NCBI GenBank assembly: GCA_951406725.2
Contig: OX597840.1
Location: 4,154,001-4,218,000, forward strand
DNA from: Octopus vulgaris
Taxonomy: Eukaryota
DNA length: 64,000 nucleotides
Reading direction: 5' to 3'
In this document: piece by piece, positions 13,031-25,810 of the stretch
How positions within the stretch are numbered: the first letter of the stretch is position 1
Layout of the letters: each line of letters starts with the position of its first letter
Position numbers and translations under genes: made by a program
Notes under the pieces: generated by a model
Seen by the model: the letters and a program-made list of their open reading frames with translations, nothing else
Databases searched by the model: none
Told to the model about the DNA's origin: nothing

Positions 13031-13322
13031 CACACACACATATATGCACACACTGGCAAACACATATATATATACACATACTTAAAATCAAAAACATGAA
13101 AAAAAAGCAAAAGAAATGCTTTGTTGTGAGTGTCAGAAATTTCTAAAAATAGAGAAAAAAATTGTGGAAACAAAGGTTAAGAATGAGGTCTCACAATGGC
13201 ACCAAACAATTTGTAGCAGAAAAGGGGGCAGCGGGGAGAGGAACAGTTAAACAGGGAGGATGCAAAGTATGAGTTGATGAATCATAAGATGTAGTGTCCT
13301 TCATGCTTGACAGAAAAAAAAA

Positions 13323-13372
<50 letters not shown>

Positions 13373-13500
13373 GTGCAGTTGTGGCTGTGAATCTATAGAA
13401 GAAGACATGTGCCCAAAGTGCTATGCAATGGGACTGAACCCAGAACCTTGTGGTTGGGAAGTAAACTTCTTACCACACAGCCATGCCTGTGTCTATATAT

Positions 13501-13913
13501 CTCTTTTACTCTTTTACTTGTTTCAGTCATTTGACTGCGGCCATGCTGGAGCACCGCCTTTAATCGAGCAACTCAACCCCGGGACTTATTCTTTGTAAGC
13601 CCAGTACTTATTCTATCGGTCTCTTTTTGCCGAACCGCTAAGTAACGGGGACATAAACACACCAGCATTGGTTGTCAAGCGATGTTAGGGGTACAAACAC
13701 AGACATACAAACACATACACACACACACATATATATATATACATATATACGACGGGCTTCTTTCAGTTTCCGTCTACCAAATCCACTCACAAGGCTTTGG
13801 TCGGCCCGAGGCTATAGAAGAAGACACTTGCCCAAGGTGCCACGCAGTGGGACTGAACTCGGAACCATGTGGTTGGAAAGCAAACTACTTACCACACAGC
13901 CACTCCTGCGCCT
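13501..13913 (-). mobile_element. tRNA-derived SINE family A, full-length exemplar (other copies: 3328-3731 +, 4505-5010 +, 22424-23071 +, 39234-39624 -, 38318-38836 -, 46640-47052 -, 63420-63805 -, 8555-9268 -, 225-880 -, 34620-35162 -, 20120-20556 +)
   Basis: Head GGCGCAGGAGTGGCTGTGTGGTAAG (A box)...GGTTCAGTCCC (B box, family consensus), internal (TA/TG)n, tail GAAACAAGTAAAAGAGTAAAAGAG. Confidence 0.9.
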
Positions 13914-14028
13914 ATATCAAATAAGGATAAGATCGTTAATTTAAATTAAATATCGATCTTATCAAGTGGCCAGCATGGAAATAAAAAGCTTCAAAGGTAA
14001 TAATTATTACTAAGATTATAATTTAGGA

Positions 14029-14256
14029 TATCTACGAGATACTGCCATGCTGAAAATAGCAGCCAAAATCTGACTCTAAAACCACATTAAATGTTCATAC
14101 AGCACAAGGAGAGAAGACAAAAAGACAAAATAAAACTAGCAAAAAATTACTTAATTTTGTTTTTTTGTCTTCTCTCCTTGTGCTGTATGAACATTTAATG
14201 TGGTTTTAGAGTCAGATTTTGGCTGCTATTTTCAGCATGGTGGTATCTCGTAGATA
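14029..14256. repeat. Long near-perfect inverted repeat (about 100-bp arms)
   Basis: TATCTACGAGATAC...GAGAGAAGACAAAAA / TTTTTGTCTTCTCTC...GTATCTCGTAGATA. Similar fold-backs at 14400-14534, 27951-28200, 29035-29220 and 31855-32135. Confidence 0.9.
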
Positions 14257-14535
14257 CTCTAAATTATAATTATATATATATATATATATATATACACAGA
14301 TAAAGGGTGAAATATAATTAATTTAATAAAATCAACAAATTTCACCAAGAAGTGTTTCGGTATGGAAAAGGACCATATTCGGTAAAAGTTTATATAATTA
14401 TAACAATGAGGGTCTTTGCAACAAGTTGCTAGACCACATACTGAAAGTATTAGAAATAGCAGTCCTCTGGCTGCTATTTCTAAAACTTTTGGTATGTGGT
14501 CTAGCAACTTGTTGCAAAAACCCTCACTGCTATAA

Positions 14536-14918
14536 TCTCTCTATATATAAACGGCAGTTTGTCTGTGTGTGTTTCTGTGTGTCTGTTTGCTTGTACCCTC
14601 ACTCTGACCACGGCTTTCAACCGATTCTGATGAAACTTGACACACACATAGCCCAATGTCATAATTCAAAACTAACGCAGCGAAAATTTTGAAAAGTCCC
14701 CCCAGTTCTGAAAAAGATCGATAAATTCAACATGGGGTCGACAATCAGAAATACAAACCACAGATGGTCATGGGGACGCAACTCGACCTTTTTAACTATC
14801 AAAAAAATTTACCATCTTTTTTTCCCATTTTTTTGCTATTTTTTGGCTATAACTCTCAAAAAAATCCTTTATAGTTATTTCCCTTACAAACCCGAGCAAC
14901 GCCGGGCGATACTGCTAG
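14536..14918 (+). mobile_element. Non-autonomous Helitron
   Basis: 5' TC(TC)TATATATAAA...; 3' hairpin CCCGAGCAACGCCGGG followed by CGATACTGCTAG|T. Confidence 0.8.
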
Positions 14919-17197
14919 TTATATATATATATATATACACATATACTCGACCCTCTTCCGGTAGCTTCTGCAACCAAGCTTGTGCCAAACGTAATGCTCA
15001 GCACTCCTTTGGACTACATCCGCAAGGTTGAGAGAGGAATCCTGACGATTGGGCTACCCAGGATTTTCTTACATCTAGCCCAGGCCTGCGCAAAACTGGA
15101 GAGGAAACTAGAGAGGACATGAAATGTAAAAACCAGACTGGATTAGTTTATGCGCAACTCCATTGTCTCCCGAGACAAAAGGATGCCAACAACAACAACA
15201 CACACACACACTTTTCTATTAAAGTGGCAAAAACATCACGAGTTTCAGATTCCCGTTTGTCAGACATTTGTGATCAAGACTGGAATGAAACTGTGATGAT
15301 GCAAGTGGTATATGATAGGATATGATGCAATTTGACAAATAAACTTTTGAATTTGAACGGGTAACCTATTTTCAAAGCATGACCGGTGTTGTATTGCTAA
15401 TGGTTGGGTGGGGTTGCGTATAAATTGAATAGTAAAATATATCATCTACTATAATAATAGTAGAGGCACATGGCCTAGTGGTTAGAGCAGCGGACTCTCA
15501 GTCGAGGGATCGGAGGTTCAAATCTCAGACCGGGCAATGTGTGTGTTTATGAGTGAAACACCTAAGCTCCACGTGGCCCCGGCAGAAGGTAATGGTAATG
15601 GCGAAACTTCTGCTGACTCTTTCGCCACAACTTTCTCTCACTCTTTCCTCCTGCATCTTGCAGCTCATCTGCGATGGACCAGCATCCCATCCAGGTGGGG
15701 AACCTATACGCCAAGGAAACCGGGAAAGTGGCCCTTATGAGCCAGGCATGGCTCGAGAAGAAACAAACTATGATAATACTCTTGTTTTCCTCCGTCGAAA
15801 CATATGAATGAGAAAGGAAGGGGTGATGGCAAATTGGCAGTGGAAGCATTTCAGCTCTGAGTGAGTATATGTGTTTATATGTAAAAAGGAGGTATGTGAA
15901 TGCGTGAGTGTGTGTGTGCAATGGAAGTGGGACGGTGAACATTCAACACTGAAAAGAAAAATCCAACAGCGTTTCAATTCCGTGTTTGTGTATGTGTGTG
16001 CGTGTACAAGGGAAGTATGTGAATGTTTGTATGTGAAGCAGCGTGTGTGTGTGTGTGTCTGTCTGTGTCTGTGCATGTGTCTGTGTGTGTATGTGTCTGT
16101 GTGTGTGTGTGTGTGTATGTGTCTGTGTGTGTGTGTGTATGTGTTTGTGTGTCTGTGTCTGTACGTGTGTGTGTGAGTGTGTGTGTCTGTGTGTTTGTCT
16201 GTCTGTGTGTCTGTGCCTGTCTGTGTGTGTCTGTCTGTCTGTGTGTGCACATCTGTTTCTGTGTGTGCATGTCTGTGTGTATGTGTCTGTGTGTATGTCT
16301 GTTTGTCCCCCACCACCACCTGACAACTGGTGTTGAAGTGTTTATGCTCTGCATAACTTAGCAGTTCAGCAAAAGAGACCAACAGACAAAGTACCAGGCT
16401 TATAAAGAACAAGTACCAAGCTCAATTCATTCAACTAAAAACTCTTCGAGGTGGTGCTCCAGCAAGGCCACAGTTTAATGACTAAAACGGGCAAAAAATA
16501 AACCATTCTCCAAATCACAAGACAGTAGCAAACCAAGATCACAGACTACAGGAGGGGTCCTTTATTTCCAGGTTTCCATGGAAACGTGTCTGATTATTGG
16601 GAAATATTACCTTGCGTGGAAAACAGATGGTGTTTGGCAACAGGAAGGATAGGTGAGCTGGCAGAAACGTTAGCACTCTGGACGAAATGCTTAGCGGTAT
16701 TTCGTCTGCCGCTATGTTCTAAGTTCAAATTCCGCTGAGGTCGACTTTGCCTTTCATCCTTTCGGGGTCAATAAATTAAGTACCAGTTACGCACTGGGGT
16801 CGATATAATCGACTTAATCCGTTTGTCTGTCCTTGTTTGTCCTCTCTGTGTTTAGCCCCTTGTGGATAGTAAAGAAATAGTTATTTCGTCTGCCACTACA
16901 TTCAGAGTTCAAATTCCAGCGAGATCAACTTTGCCTTTCATGCTTTTGGGGTCGATTAAATAAGTACCAGCTATGCACTGGGGTCGATGTAATCGACTTA
17001 ATCCTGTTGTCTGTCCTTGTTTGTCCCCTCTATGTCTGCCCCTTGTGGGCAATAAAGAAACAACAGGAAGGACAGGCATCCATCTGTAGAAAAATTTGCT
17101 TCATAAAAAAATCTGTCTGACCCATGCAAGTATGGAAAAGATGTTAAATAATTGTGATGATGATGATGACGATGATGAGGAACGAGCTAGCAACTTG

Positions 17198-17552
17198 TAC
17201 GAGGGGGTGCTGAAAAGTTCTTGGCTTTGGGTAAAAGAAAATACAGGAGAATCGATTAATTCTGATTTTACTCAACATATTCCCCTCTCAGATTCACACA
17301 CTTATTGCAGCGGTCCTTCAGTTTTCCTCAGTTCTGTAAAAGAACTCAGAAGGTTGGACCTCCAACCAGGCCTTTCACGATACCCTTAAACCCAGGAACT
17401 TTACAACACCCTGTCTTATGAATTTGTGAGTGTATATACATACATACATACACAAGGGGATTTTTCTAAGCCCTGTAAAAGAACTCAGAAGGTTGGACCT
17501 CCAACCAGGCCTTTCACAATACCCTTAAAGCCAGGAAATTTTCAGCGTCCCC
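17198..17552. mobile_element. mariner-like MITE with duplicated right end
   Basis: TACGAGGGGGTGCTGAAAAGTTC left end. Degenerate inverted right ends at about 17394-17411 and 17534-17552. Confidence 0.55.
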
Positions 17553-18828
17553 ACCCCTATTACTCACTGGAAAACTGACATAATACTGGAAGCATCCAAG
17601 AACAGAATGATATGCAGTACAACAAAGCACAGCACAAGTCAGGTATAAGGATGTGGACCATTGCAGCACATCGCTGCATCTATCATTTGTTGGTAATTAC
17701 TTTAGGCTTGCGGAGGCACGTGGCTTAGTGGTTAGGGTGTGGGATTCATGACCATAAGATTGGGGTTTCAATTCCTGGACGAGGCGATGCATAGCATTCT
17801 TGAGTAAAACACTTCATTTCATGTTGCTCCAGTCCACTCAACTGAAAAAATGAGTTTAGCCTGGAGAGGGAAGGCCTCTGCCAGGCTCTCTCGCCCAAGA
17901 CATGCTGCACGGTTGCAGTGCCCTAACAGCCCTGAAGGGGTTAAGGGACTTGTCAAAACTTAGGTTTCCCTAAGCAACACTTCAAGCAGTATCCTCATCA
18001 GCCCCCATCTTCACAAGGTACTTCCTCATCTGCCTTGACCATGAGGCTTGTGGACAACCAGCATGACCTGTGACCTGTTACCCCAACACAGGATCTGAAA
18101 GGTCCAAGGTCTGCATCATGTCCCAGTGTCTACTTTGGCATGGTTTCTACAGTCAGATACCCTCCCTAATACCAACCACTTTACAGTGTGTATTCAGTGG
18201 GTTTTTTTCATGGTACCAGCACTAGTGAAATTGTCATACAGCTTACAAGACCATGAACCCCTAAGAGAGTGATTTTACACTAGGAGATGAGAAGTTAAAG
18301 TATAAGGGAAAGGCCCAGAGCATTATAGGCTTCTCATACAAGAACTACACAACTACACACATTTTAGACGCAAGGGAGGGGACAACATGGTTTCTATAGC
18401 TGAAGGCCCTTCCTAAGGCCAACCACTTGGCAGGGCAATCTGGGTTCAGTCCCACAGTGTAGCACAGGGACCAAGTATCTTCTACTATAGCTTCGAGCTG
18501 ACTAAAGCCTTCTGAGAAAATCTGGCAGATGGAAACTGAAAGAAGCCCATCATTAGTGTGTGTGTGTGTGTTGTCGCCTACCACCATTCAACAATGGTGT
18601 TGGTTTGTTTACATCCCCATAACTTAGCAGTTCAGTAAAAGAGACCAATAGAACAAGTACCAGACTGAAAAGGAAAGAAAAAAAAGCACTGGGGTTGATT
18701 TGTTGGACGAAACACTTCAATGCAGTGCTCCAGCTTGACCACAATCCAATGACAACTGAAACGTTAGCTAAATTCATTTCTACAGTTGATTAGACTGGAG
18801 CAACAGGAAATGAAGTGTCTTGATCTCA

Positions 18829-19024
18829 ATCGAAGGAGAGGGGCTTTCTCCGTCCGGGTTGCGGATCCGTGGAATAAGCTGCCGGACGAGATAGTGAAGA
18901 TGCCGACAACCGCTCGGTACAAAGTCTCTCTTGACCAGAAATGGCCTGAACTCTTTGCATGAACACCACCCTGTACATAACTCCATGTCCCCCTACATGG
19001 CCTTGCTTTTTGCTTTTTGAGCCA
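18829..19024 (+). mobile_element. CR1-clade LINE 3' end
   Basis: RRGAFSVRVADPWNKLPDEIV....YKVSLD matches the CR1 FS.RV...WN.LP...FK..LD motif; short (TTAAC)n tail follows. Confidence 0.7.
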
Positions 19025-19202
19025 AAAAATTAACTTAACTTAACGCTATGCATCACCAGGTCCAGGAATTGAAACCACAATCTTATGTCATGAATCCCAC
19101 ACCCTAACCAGACAAAGGAACCCACACAAAAATCAGTTTTTTTTTTGGTTTTTTTTCTTGCCAATCACCTTTCACCAGACTTTAACTTCTGCTCATACTC
19201 AC

Positions 19203-19307
19203 CATAAAATGTGCTGTAAGCGTTACCAAGAATATGTACTGGTTCATCTGTTTGTGGGAAATCGACTAACTCAGCAGGACCGCTCTCGTATGTCAGACAC
19301 ACAGAGG
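19203..19307 (-). CDS. ATG4B: ATG4 exon 2 (SVCLTYESGPAELVDFPQTDEPVHILGNAYSTFY)
   Basis: ttcgatccAG acceptor and GTGAGT donor, 105 nt, phase 1/1. Matches human ATG4B LTY...EDFPETSEPVWILGRKYS. Confidence 0.92.
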
Positions 19308-19508
19308 CTGGATCGAAGAACCGCAGAAGTGACGAAGGAGGAGAAAAAGAAAGAAAGAGAAAAAAAATTACAATTAATTTTCAAACAAATCATTTTATAT
19401 TCTGTTTAATACAAAAATTATCTTAACCCTTTTGTTACCGTATTCCTGTTGAAACACACTGCTTTTGTTGCAATTAACTTTGATAATTACGAAGAATTTG
19501 GTAAAATA

Positions 19509-20000
19509 TTGGGTTGTCCGGAAAGTTTGTGCTGATTTTTAAAGGAAAGAAAAAGATCAATAAATACCTGCCATTACATTTTTAATCAACCAAATATGAA
19601 CCATTTTGTTGCACAATGTGTCTCCATCTTTCTGTAACTTGAAAATATCCTCTTCTCAGAATTGAGGTGTTTTCATGGCAAAGAATTCATCGAGGTATCT
19701 TTTTACGTCATCCAAGGAATTGAAATTTTTACCATTAACACATCCCAGCCGAGCTGCAGTAATTTTTGTCTGGTTCCCAAGGCATCAAGTGCCGAAAATG
19801 AACTTTCTTATCTTCCATTTTAAAGGGTTACAGAATTAACACAGGTTATAGGAACATAAATCTTCTTCCATGAAAAGATAGCTTAAACTGTGCTCTAAAT
19901 GGAGATGTAGTCAAATCCTATTTTATGGACTCAACCATGTTCTAAAATAAGTCGAAAGGTAAGCTACTATAAATCGGCACGAACTTTCCGGACAACCCAA
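19509..20000 (-). mobile_element. Internally deleted mariner with intact TIRs and TA TSDs
   Basis: TA|TTGGGTTGTCCGGAAAGTT...AACTTTCCGGACAACCCAA|TA. Residual coding pieces MEDKKVHFRHLM, TRQKLLQLGWD and GKNFNSLDDVK...QNGSYLVD. Confidence 0.9.
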
Positions 20001-20556
20001 TAACTTTTCTGATATTTGGAACATAAATTAACATACTTGGAACATAAATTAACATAAATTAACATGGAAGGTTTTTAATTTCGATCACTTTAAAACAAGA
20101 AGTTTCTATCAAAAAGCCGCACATGGTTCCAGATTCAGTCCTACAGTGCGGTACCTTGGAAAGTGTCCTCTACTATGGTCCCAGGCTGTCTGAAGCCTTC
20201 TGAGTAGATTTGGTAGATAGAAACTGAAAGAAGCCTATCACGTGTGTGTGTGTGTGTGTGTCCTCCACCAACAGTAAAAGTCTTGACAACCAGTGTTGGT
20301 GTGTTCACATCCCCGTAACTTAGCAGTTCAGCAAAAAAGGCTGATAGAATAAGTACTAGGATTACAAAGAATAAGTCTTGGGGTCGATTTGTTTGACTAA
20401 AGGCGGTGCTCCAGCATGGCCACAGTCAAATGACTGAAACAAATAAAAGAATAAAAAGACCGGGCGTGGCTGTGTGGTAAGAAACTTGCTTACCAACCAC
20501 ATGGTTCCGGGTTCAGTCCCACTGCATGGCACCTTGGGCAAGTGTCTTTTACTATA

Positions 20557-20936
20557 TAAATCAAAGTCGGATGTAGAGGGTTTGTTAGACACAGTGTGAG
20601 ACGACTGTTGTTATCGCTAGGCCTAACTCATCGTAAAGTCAATCCCACCATGACTGATATACAAACTACAGTGGAGAAGGCCAGCCCCTGGATTTGGTTA
20701 AAAAGAGACGATGAGCAATGGCTAGAAGAATATTGGGCTTTATTTAATAACCAGTTGATCAAGCAAGCGGAGTCTCATATCAGTGAGGGGGGCCGGTGCG
20801 CATTGATGCCGTCGAGAGGCAGGCCCCGAAACGGCGCGCATTCTCTCCTGATGACCCCATAAACTTGCTGGCTTCCGGTATGCGGAGTTTTTGACCGGTA
20901 GCACTTGCATGTGCAAGTTGTTTGCAAGACATATAA
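20557..20936 (+). mobile_element. Hero-clade (restriction-like endonuclease) non-LTR retrotransposon 3' end
   Basis: VGCRGFVRHSVRRLL..LG......VEKAS.WIWLKR resembles the EVGCRGF...AS.WLW.KR C-terminus of Hero elements, followed by a GC-richer 3'UTR. Confidence 0.7.
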
Positions 20937-21654
20937 ATTCCACATGGGACGAGGTGACGAAACATGATCTTCAGATGCTGAGCCTCTCAGTGGCTGAGAC
21001 TGTTGGTGATGCACCGTGCTTGAAAAGGCCTGTCAAACCATGTGAGATTGTAGTAGTGGTCAATGCCAGAATTGTATATACATCACCAAACCTATATATG
21101 TATGTACAGACAGATGTGAATGCATGCGTATATGTGTGTATGCACATATGCAGGTTCAAGTAGAATAAGTAAGCAGCCTGACAAACAAAACAACTAATCA
21201 CAGAATCGAATGATGCTGCTTCAAGAGCAGCAGGTTAAGTCAATCCCATTGACCCCCAGTACTCAACTGGTACTTATTTTATTGACCCCCCACACACACC
21301 AAGGACAAATGGCAAAGCTCACCTGGGCAGAATTTGAACTCAGGACATTGAGACACACAAAAAAAGTTTCTACCAGCTCCATCTTAGAATATATCTAATA
21401 ATCCTGTCTACAAAAGACATACAGCCTGAAGTTTTGGTGGGAAGGGGACTAGTCGATCACATCAGCCCAGTGTTTCACTGATACTTATTTTGTCGACCCC
21501 AAAAGGATGAATGACAAAGTCAACCTCAGCGGAATTTGAACTCAGAACGTAAAGACAGACGAAACGCTGCCCAGCGTGCTAACAATTCTGCCAGCTCACT
21601 ACCTTAGAATATATCTAATAATGACATTAGGAAGGGCATCCAGTCATGGAAACC

Positions 21655-22160
21655 ATCATCATTCATCATTGTTCGACCGTGGTCGAAACAATGGAATTTA
21701 CCATGCTATGCCAGACTTCACGGTCCATCATAGCATTATGAAAGTCCTGTTGCTGGATTCCTGTATCCCTGGAGATTACATCAGGGTAGGAGAGTGTGCG
21801 CCCTCTGGTATCATGAGTAGATGGCTTCCAGAGGAGAAGAGTTGAAATTGCCTCGTTTTCAGCTCTACAACAATGTCCAGCAAACTGGACTCTCCTACCT
21901 TTCATAAGAGATGACACAGGTGGTAGTTTCCCATATATTTGCATTTTGGTTGGATGACGCTTCCATGAGAGATTTTGAGCTCTCATAAGGAGGCGAGTGT
22001 AGGTTCCATCCAACCGCCTCTCAAGCTTCTTTGATAACGTCCAGGTTTCTGAGCCATATAGTAGAATTGGTTCGACTGTGGCTTTGAAGATTTCAAGTTT
22101 GAAGTCTCTACTTAGATTTGATGACCAGATCTTATGCATGTCATTACAGGCTGACATGAC
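21655..22160 (-). mobile_element. RTE/RTE-X-like LINE 3' end
   Basis: KLEIFKATVEPILLYGSETWTL...LDGTYTRLLMRAQN.SW...FAGHC; (GAT)n-like tail. Near-identical copy at 62731-63190. Confidence 0.85.
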
Positions 22161-22590
22161 ATGACATGGAAACCATGCCAAATCAGACTGGAGCTGGTGC
22201 AGCCTTCTAGCTTGCCAGCTCTTGTCAAACTGTCCAACCCATGCCAGCATGGACAACAGAAGTTAAATGATGATAATGAATGAGAGCTGTCTGAGAACAA
22301 TCTAAACTGGATTAAATATAGAATTTGGCTTGTATTTAGCAAGAAGGTTGAAGGCTACAGCAGTTAAAATATTGGGACAATAACAAACCAGATGAGGACA
22401 CTAATCTAAACATATACATATACAGGCGCAGGAGTGGCTGTGTGGTAAGTAGCTTGTTTACCAACCACATGGTTCCGGGTTCAGTCCCACTGCGTGGCAC
22501 CTTGGGCAAGTGTCTTGTACTATAGCCTCAGGCCGACCAAAGCCTTGTGAGTGGATTTGGTAGACGGAAACTGAAAAGAAGACCGTCGTA

Positions 22591-22637
<47 letters not shown>

Positions 22638-23349
22638 TCAAAATGTGACCGCGTGTGTACCGTTGGCGATTTTTTTTCCTCTGTCTTCCCTTCTCTGGAT
22701 CTTTCCTTCTCCTATGTTTCCGACGAAGAGCTCCCTTCCTTCCTGAGCATCCAATAATACTATATTTGTTCCACGTCCTCGCGTTGTTGTGTTTTCTCTT
22801 TGTGTTTTCATGTTTGGATTAACTATATATATATATATATATATATATGCATGTGTGTGTTTTGTGTGTCTGTGTTTGTCCCCCTAGCATTGCTTGACAA
22901 CCGATGCTGGTGTGTTTATGTCCCCTAACTTAGCGGTTCGGCAAAAGAGACCATAGAATAAGTACTGGACTTACAAAAGAATAAGTCCTGGGGTCGAGTT
23001 GCTTGATTAAAGGCGGTGCTCCAGCATGGCCACAGTCAAATGACTGAAACAAGTAAAAGAGTAAAAGAGTATGGTTAATCCACATTAATCCGTAAGGAGC
23101 ATAAGGTCAGTTTCCTGGTTTCTCTGGCATATATATTCCTCCCTGGATAGGATGCTGGTCCATTGTAACATTACTCACTTTTACCAGCTGAGTGGTCTGA
23201 GCAATGTGAAGTGTTTTGCTCAAGAACAAAACGCATCACCCAGTTCAGGAATTGAAACTACAATCTTATGACCGTGAGTCCCAACACCCTAACCACTAAG
23301 CCACGCACCTACACACACACACATTCACTACAATACCATGTGACCCTTC

Positions 23350-25810
23350 TTGACCAATAACAGCCTATCTCTTGGTAGCCAACTTGGACTTCCCGGATCA
23401 CTTCATTCAGCATTCCATGGTCAGAGACTTAGGGACATCCTCATCAAGAAATTTGATGAGAGGGAGGAAGAGCTACAGACGTCGGACATAGAAGGTAGCT
23501 GGAAATTCCTACGGGACAGCTTGCTGAGTGCCACAGACCAAGTCTGCAGATGGTGCAAAGTCCCTTCCAGATGTAGAGTTACATGGTGGTGGAATAGTAC
23601 AGTAGACAAAGCCATTAGAGCAAAGAAACAGGCCTGGAAAGCCTGGAAGGCTAGCAGGGAACTGTACCAGGTAGCCAAAAGGGAGGCTGGGCAGCAGGTA
23701 TACATAGCCAAGAGCTTAGTGGAAAAGAAGAAGTTTGCCAATGTCCAGCGATGTGAGGACCAAAAAACTGAGATATTTCAAATTGCTAGACAGTGTGTGA
23801 GAGAAAATTGTGATGTCACAGGAGAGAAGTATGTCCACATGGATGATGGTGCACTTGCTTTTAATGATTCTGAAAAGAAAGAGGTTTGGAGAAGCCATTA
23901 TGAAAGACTGCTGAATGTGGAGAATGAATGGGAGGAGGAGAGCCTGCCAAATGTTGACCCAGTGGAGGGACCAGCTATCCCAATAGACAGCTCCCTAGTA
24001 GATAAAGCAATTAAGGGTACAAAGCCAGGAAAAGCCCCTGGCCCATCAGGAATCACTACTGAGATGCTTAAAAGATCTGGTAGTGTGGACTATGGCCTCG
24101 TCACCCGCATTGTAAACCAGGTAGTTCATGATGGAGCCATACCCAATGACTGGCGTAGCAGCACCATAGTGAACTGCTACAAGAGTAAAGGTGATGCTCT
24201 ACATAGAAATAACTACAGGGGTAGAAAACTGCTGGATCAGGTGATGAAGGTCACGGAGAGGGTCATAGCCCATCTCATTGGGTAGAGAGTCTGCTTAGAT
24301 GAGATGCAGTTTGGTTTTGTGCCGGGTAAAAGCACCACTGATGCCATATTCCTAGTACGACAACTGCAGGAAAAATACCTAGCTAAAGATAAACCCCTCT
24401 ACTTAGCTTTTGTGGACTTGGAGAAGGCCTTTGACAGGGTCCCTCGATTCCTTATCTGGTGGGCGATGTGGAAATGGAGATCGACGAATGGTTAATAAGG
24501 GCTGTACAGGCCCTATACAGAGAGATCGTCAGTAAGATTAGGATTGGCAATGAGGATAGTGAAGAATTCTGGGTAGAAGTAGGGGTCCACCAAGGTTCAG
24601 CCCTCAGTCTGCTTTTATTCATCATAGTCCTCCAGGCAATAACAGAGGAATTCATGACAGGTTGCCCCGGAGAGCTTCTCTATGCTGATGACCTGGCCCT
24701 CATAGCAGAATCACTACCGGAACTAGAAAAGAAATTTCAGGTGTGCAAGCTAGGTTTAGAATCAAAAAGCCTTAGCATCAATGTAGCAAAGACCAAAGTT
24801 CTAGTAAGTAGGAAGGCGAACTCATCACACACACCCTCAGGTAGGTGGCCCTGCTCAATCTGTAGAAAAGGTGTAGGTAGAAATTTCATAAGATGTACCC
24901 AGTGTAAGCTATGGACGCATAAAAGGTGCAGCAACATCACAGGAAAATTAACCAAGAAGATAGCTTTTGTATGTGGCAGATGCACAGGGGCAATAGACAC
25001 CACAGATACTCAGAAAACAGATTCCATCACACTCCAGTGGGAGAAACTAGAAGTAGCTGAAAGCTTCCACTACCTAGGTGGCCAAGTTAGTAGTGGGGGG
25101 TGCAGATGCTCAGAGAGTGTTACCACTAGAATAAGAATAGCCTGGGCAAAGTTTAGAAAGCTTCTACCACTACTGGTGACAAAGAGTCTCTCACTCAGAG
25201 TGAAAGGTAGATTGTATGATGCATGTGTGTGAACTGCCATGCTTCAAGGCAGTGAAACATGGGCTGTGACTGTGGAGGACATGCATAGGCTCAAAAGAAA
25301 TGAAGCTAGCATGATCCGCTGGATGTGTAATGTCAGTGTCCATGCACAACAGAGTGTAAGTGCCCTGAGAGAAATGTTGGACATCAGAAGCATTGGATGT
25401 GGCATGCAGGAGAGACGTTTGCATTGGTATGATCATGTACTACAGATGGATGAGGAGAGATGTGTGAAGAAGCGCCACTCCCAAACAGGTGAAGGAATCC
25501 AGGGTAGAGGCAGACCCAGGAAGACATGGGATGAGTGGGCCTCCACAGAGGCAATGATGAAAGACCGAGACCTCTGGAGATATGCTGTGACTGTGAAGAT
25601 CCGACAAATAAAGTGAGTTCATGTCTGTATCCTACACCAGCTTCACACAACCAGCCCCAGCCCATTCAAAGTCCCTTGGATCACAAGACGGCCAGCTGTG
25701 CTTACCTTGGATCATGGGGCAACCTGCTGTGCTTGAGGAGACCTATTGAGTCAAGTACATCAACATCAAAATAAAAATCAAATGGAAATTGTAGTTGTGG
25801 TACCCGTGTT
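23350..25810 (+). mobile_element. 5'-truncated RTE-clade LINE, degraded ORF2 (RT plus PHD-like Cys/His finger)
   Basis: Motifs KAPGPSGI, NYRG.KLL, QFGF.PGKST.DAIF, AFVDLEKAFDRV, GVHQGSALS, LYADD, YLG, GSETW, RGRGRPRKTW across four ORFs broken by stops and frameshifts. Confidence 0.95.

Noticed and set aside
12500-13173. Long YI/CV/HT-rich ORFs (also 15768-16412, 29244-29988, 30735-31224, 40131-40784, 49550-50380)
   Set aside because: Translations of dinucleotide and tetranucleotide microsatellites.
13672-13944. Recurring ORFs such as [18 protein letters not shown] and RNWYLIYRPRKDERQSRP
   Set aside because: Antisense translations of SINE families A and B, not a protein family.
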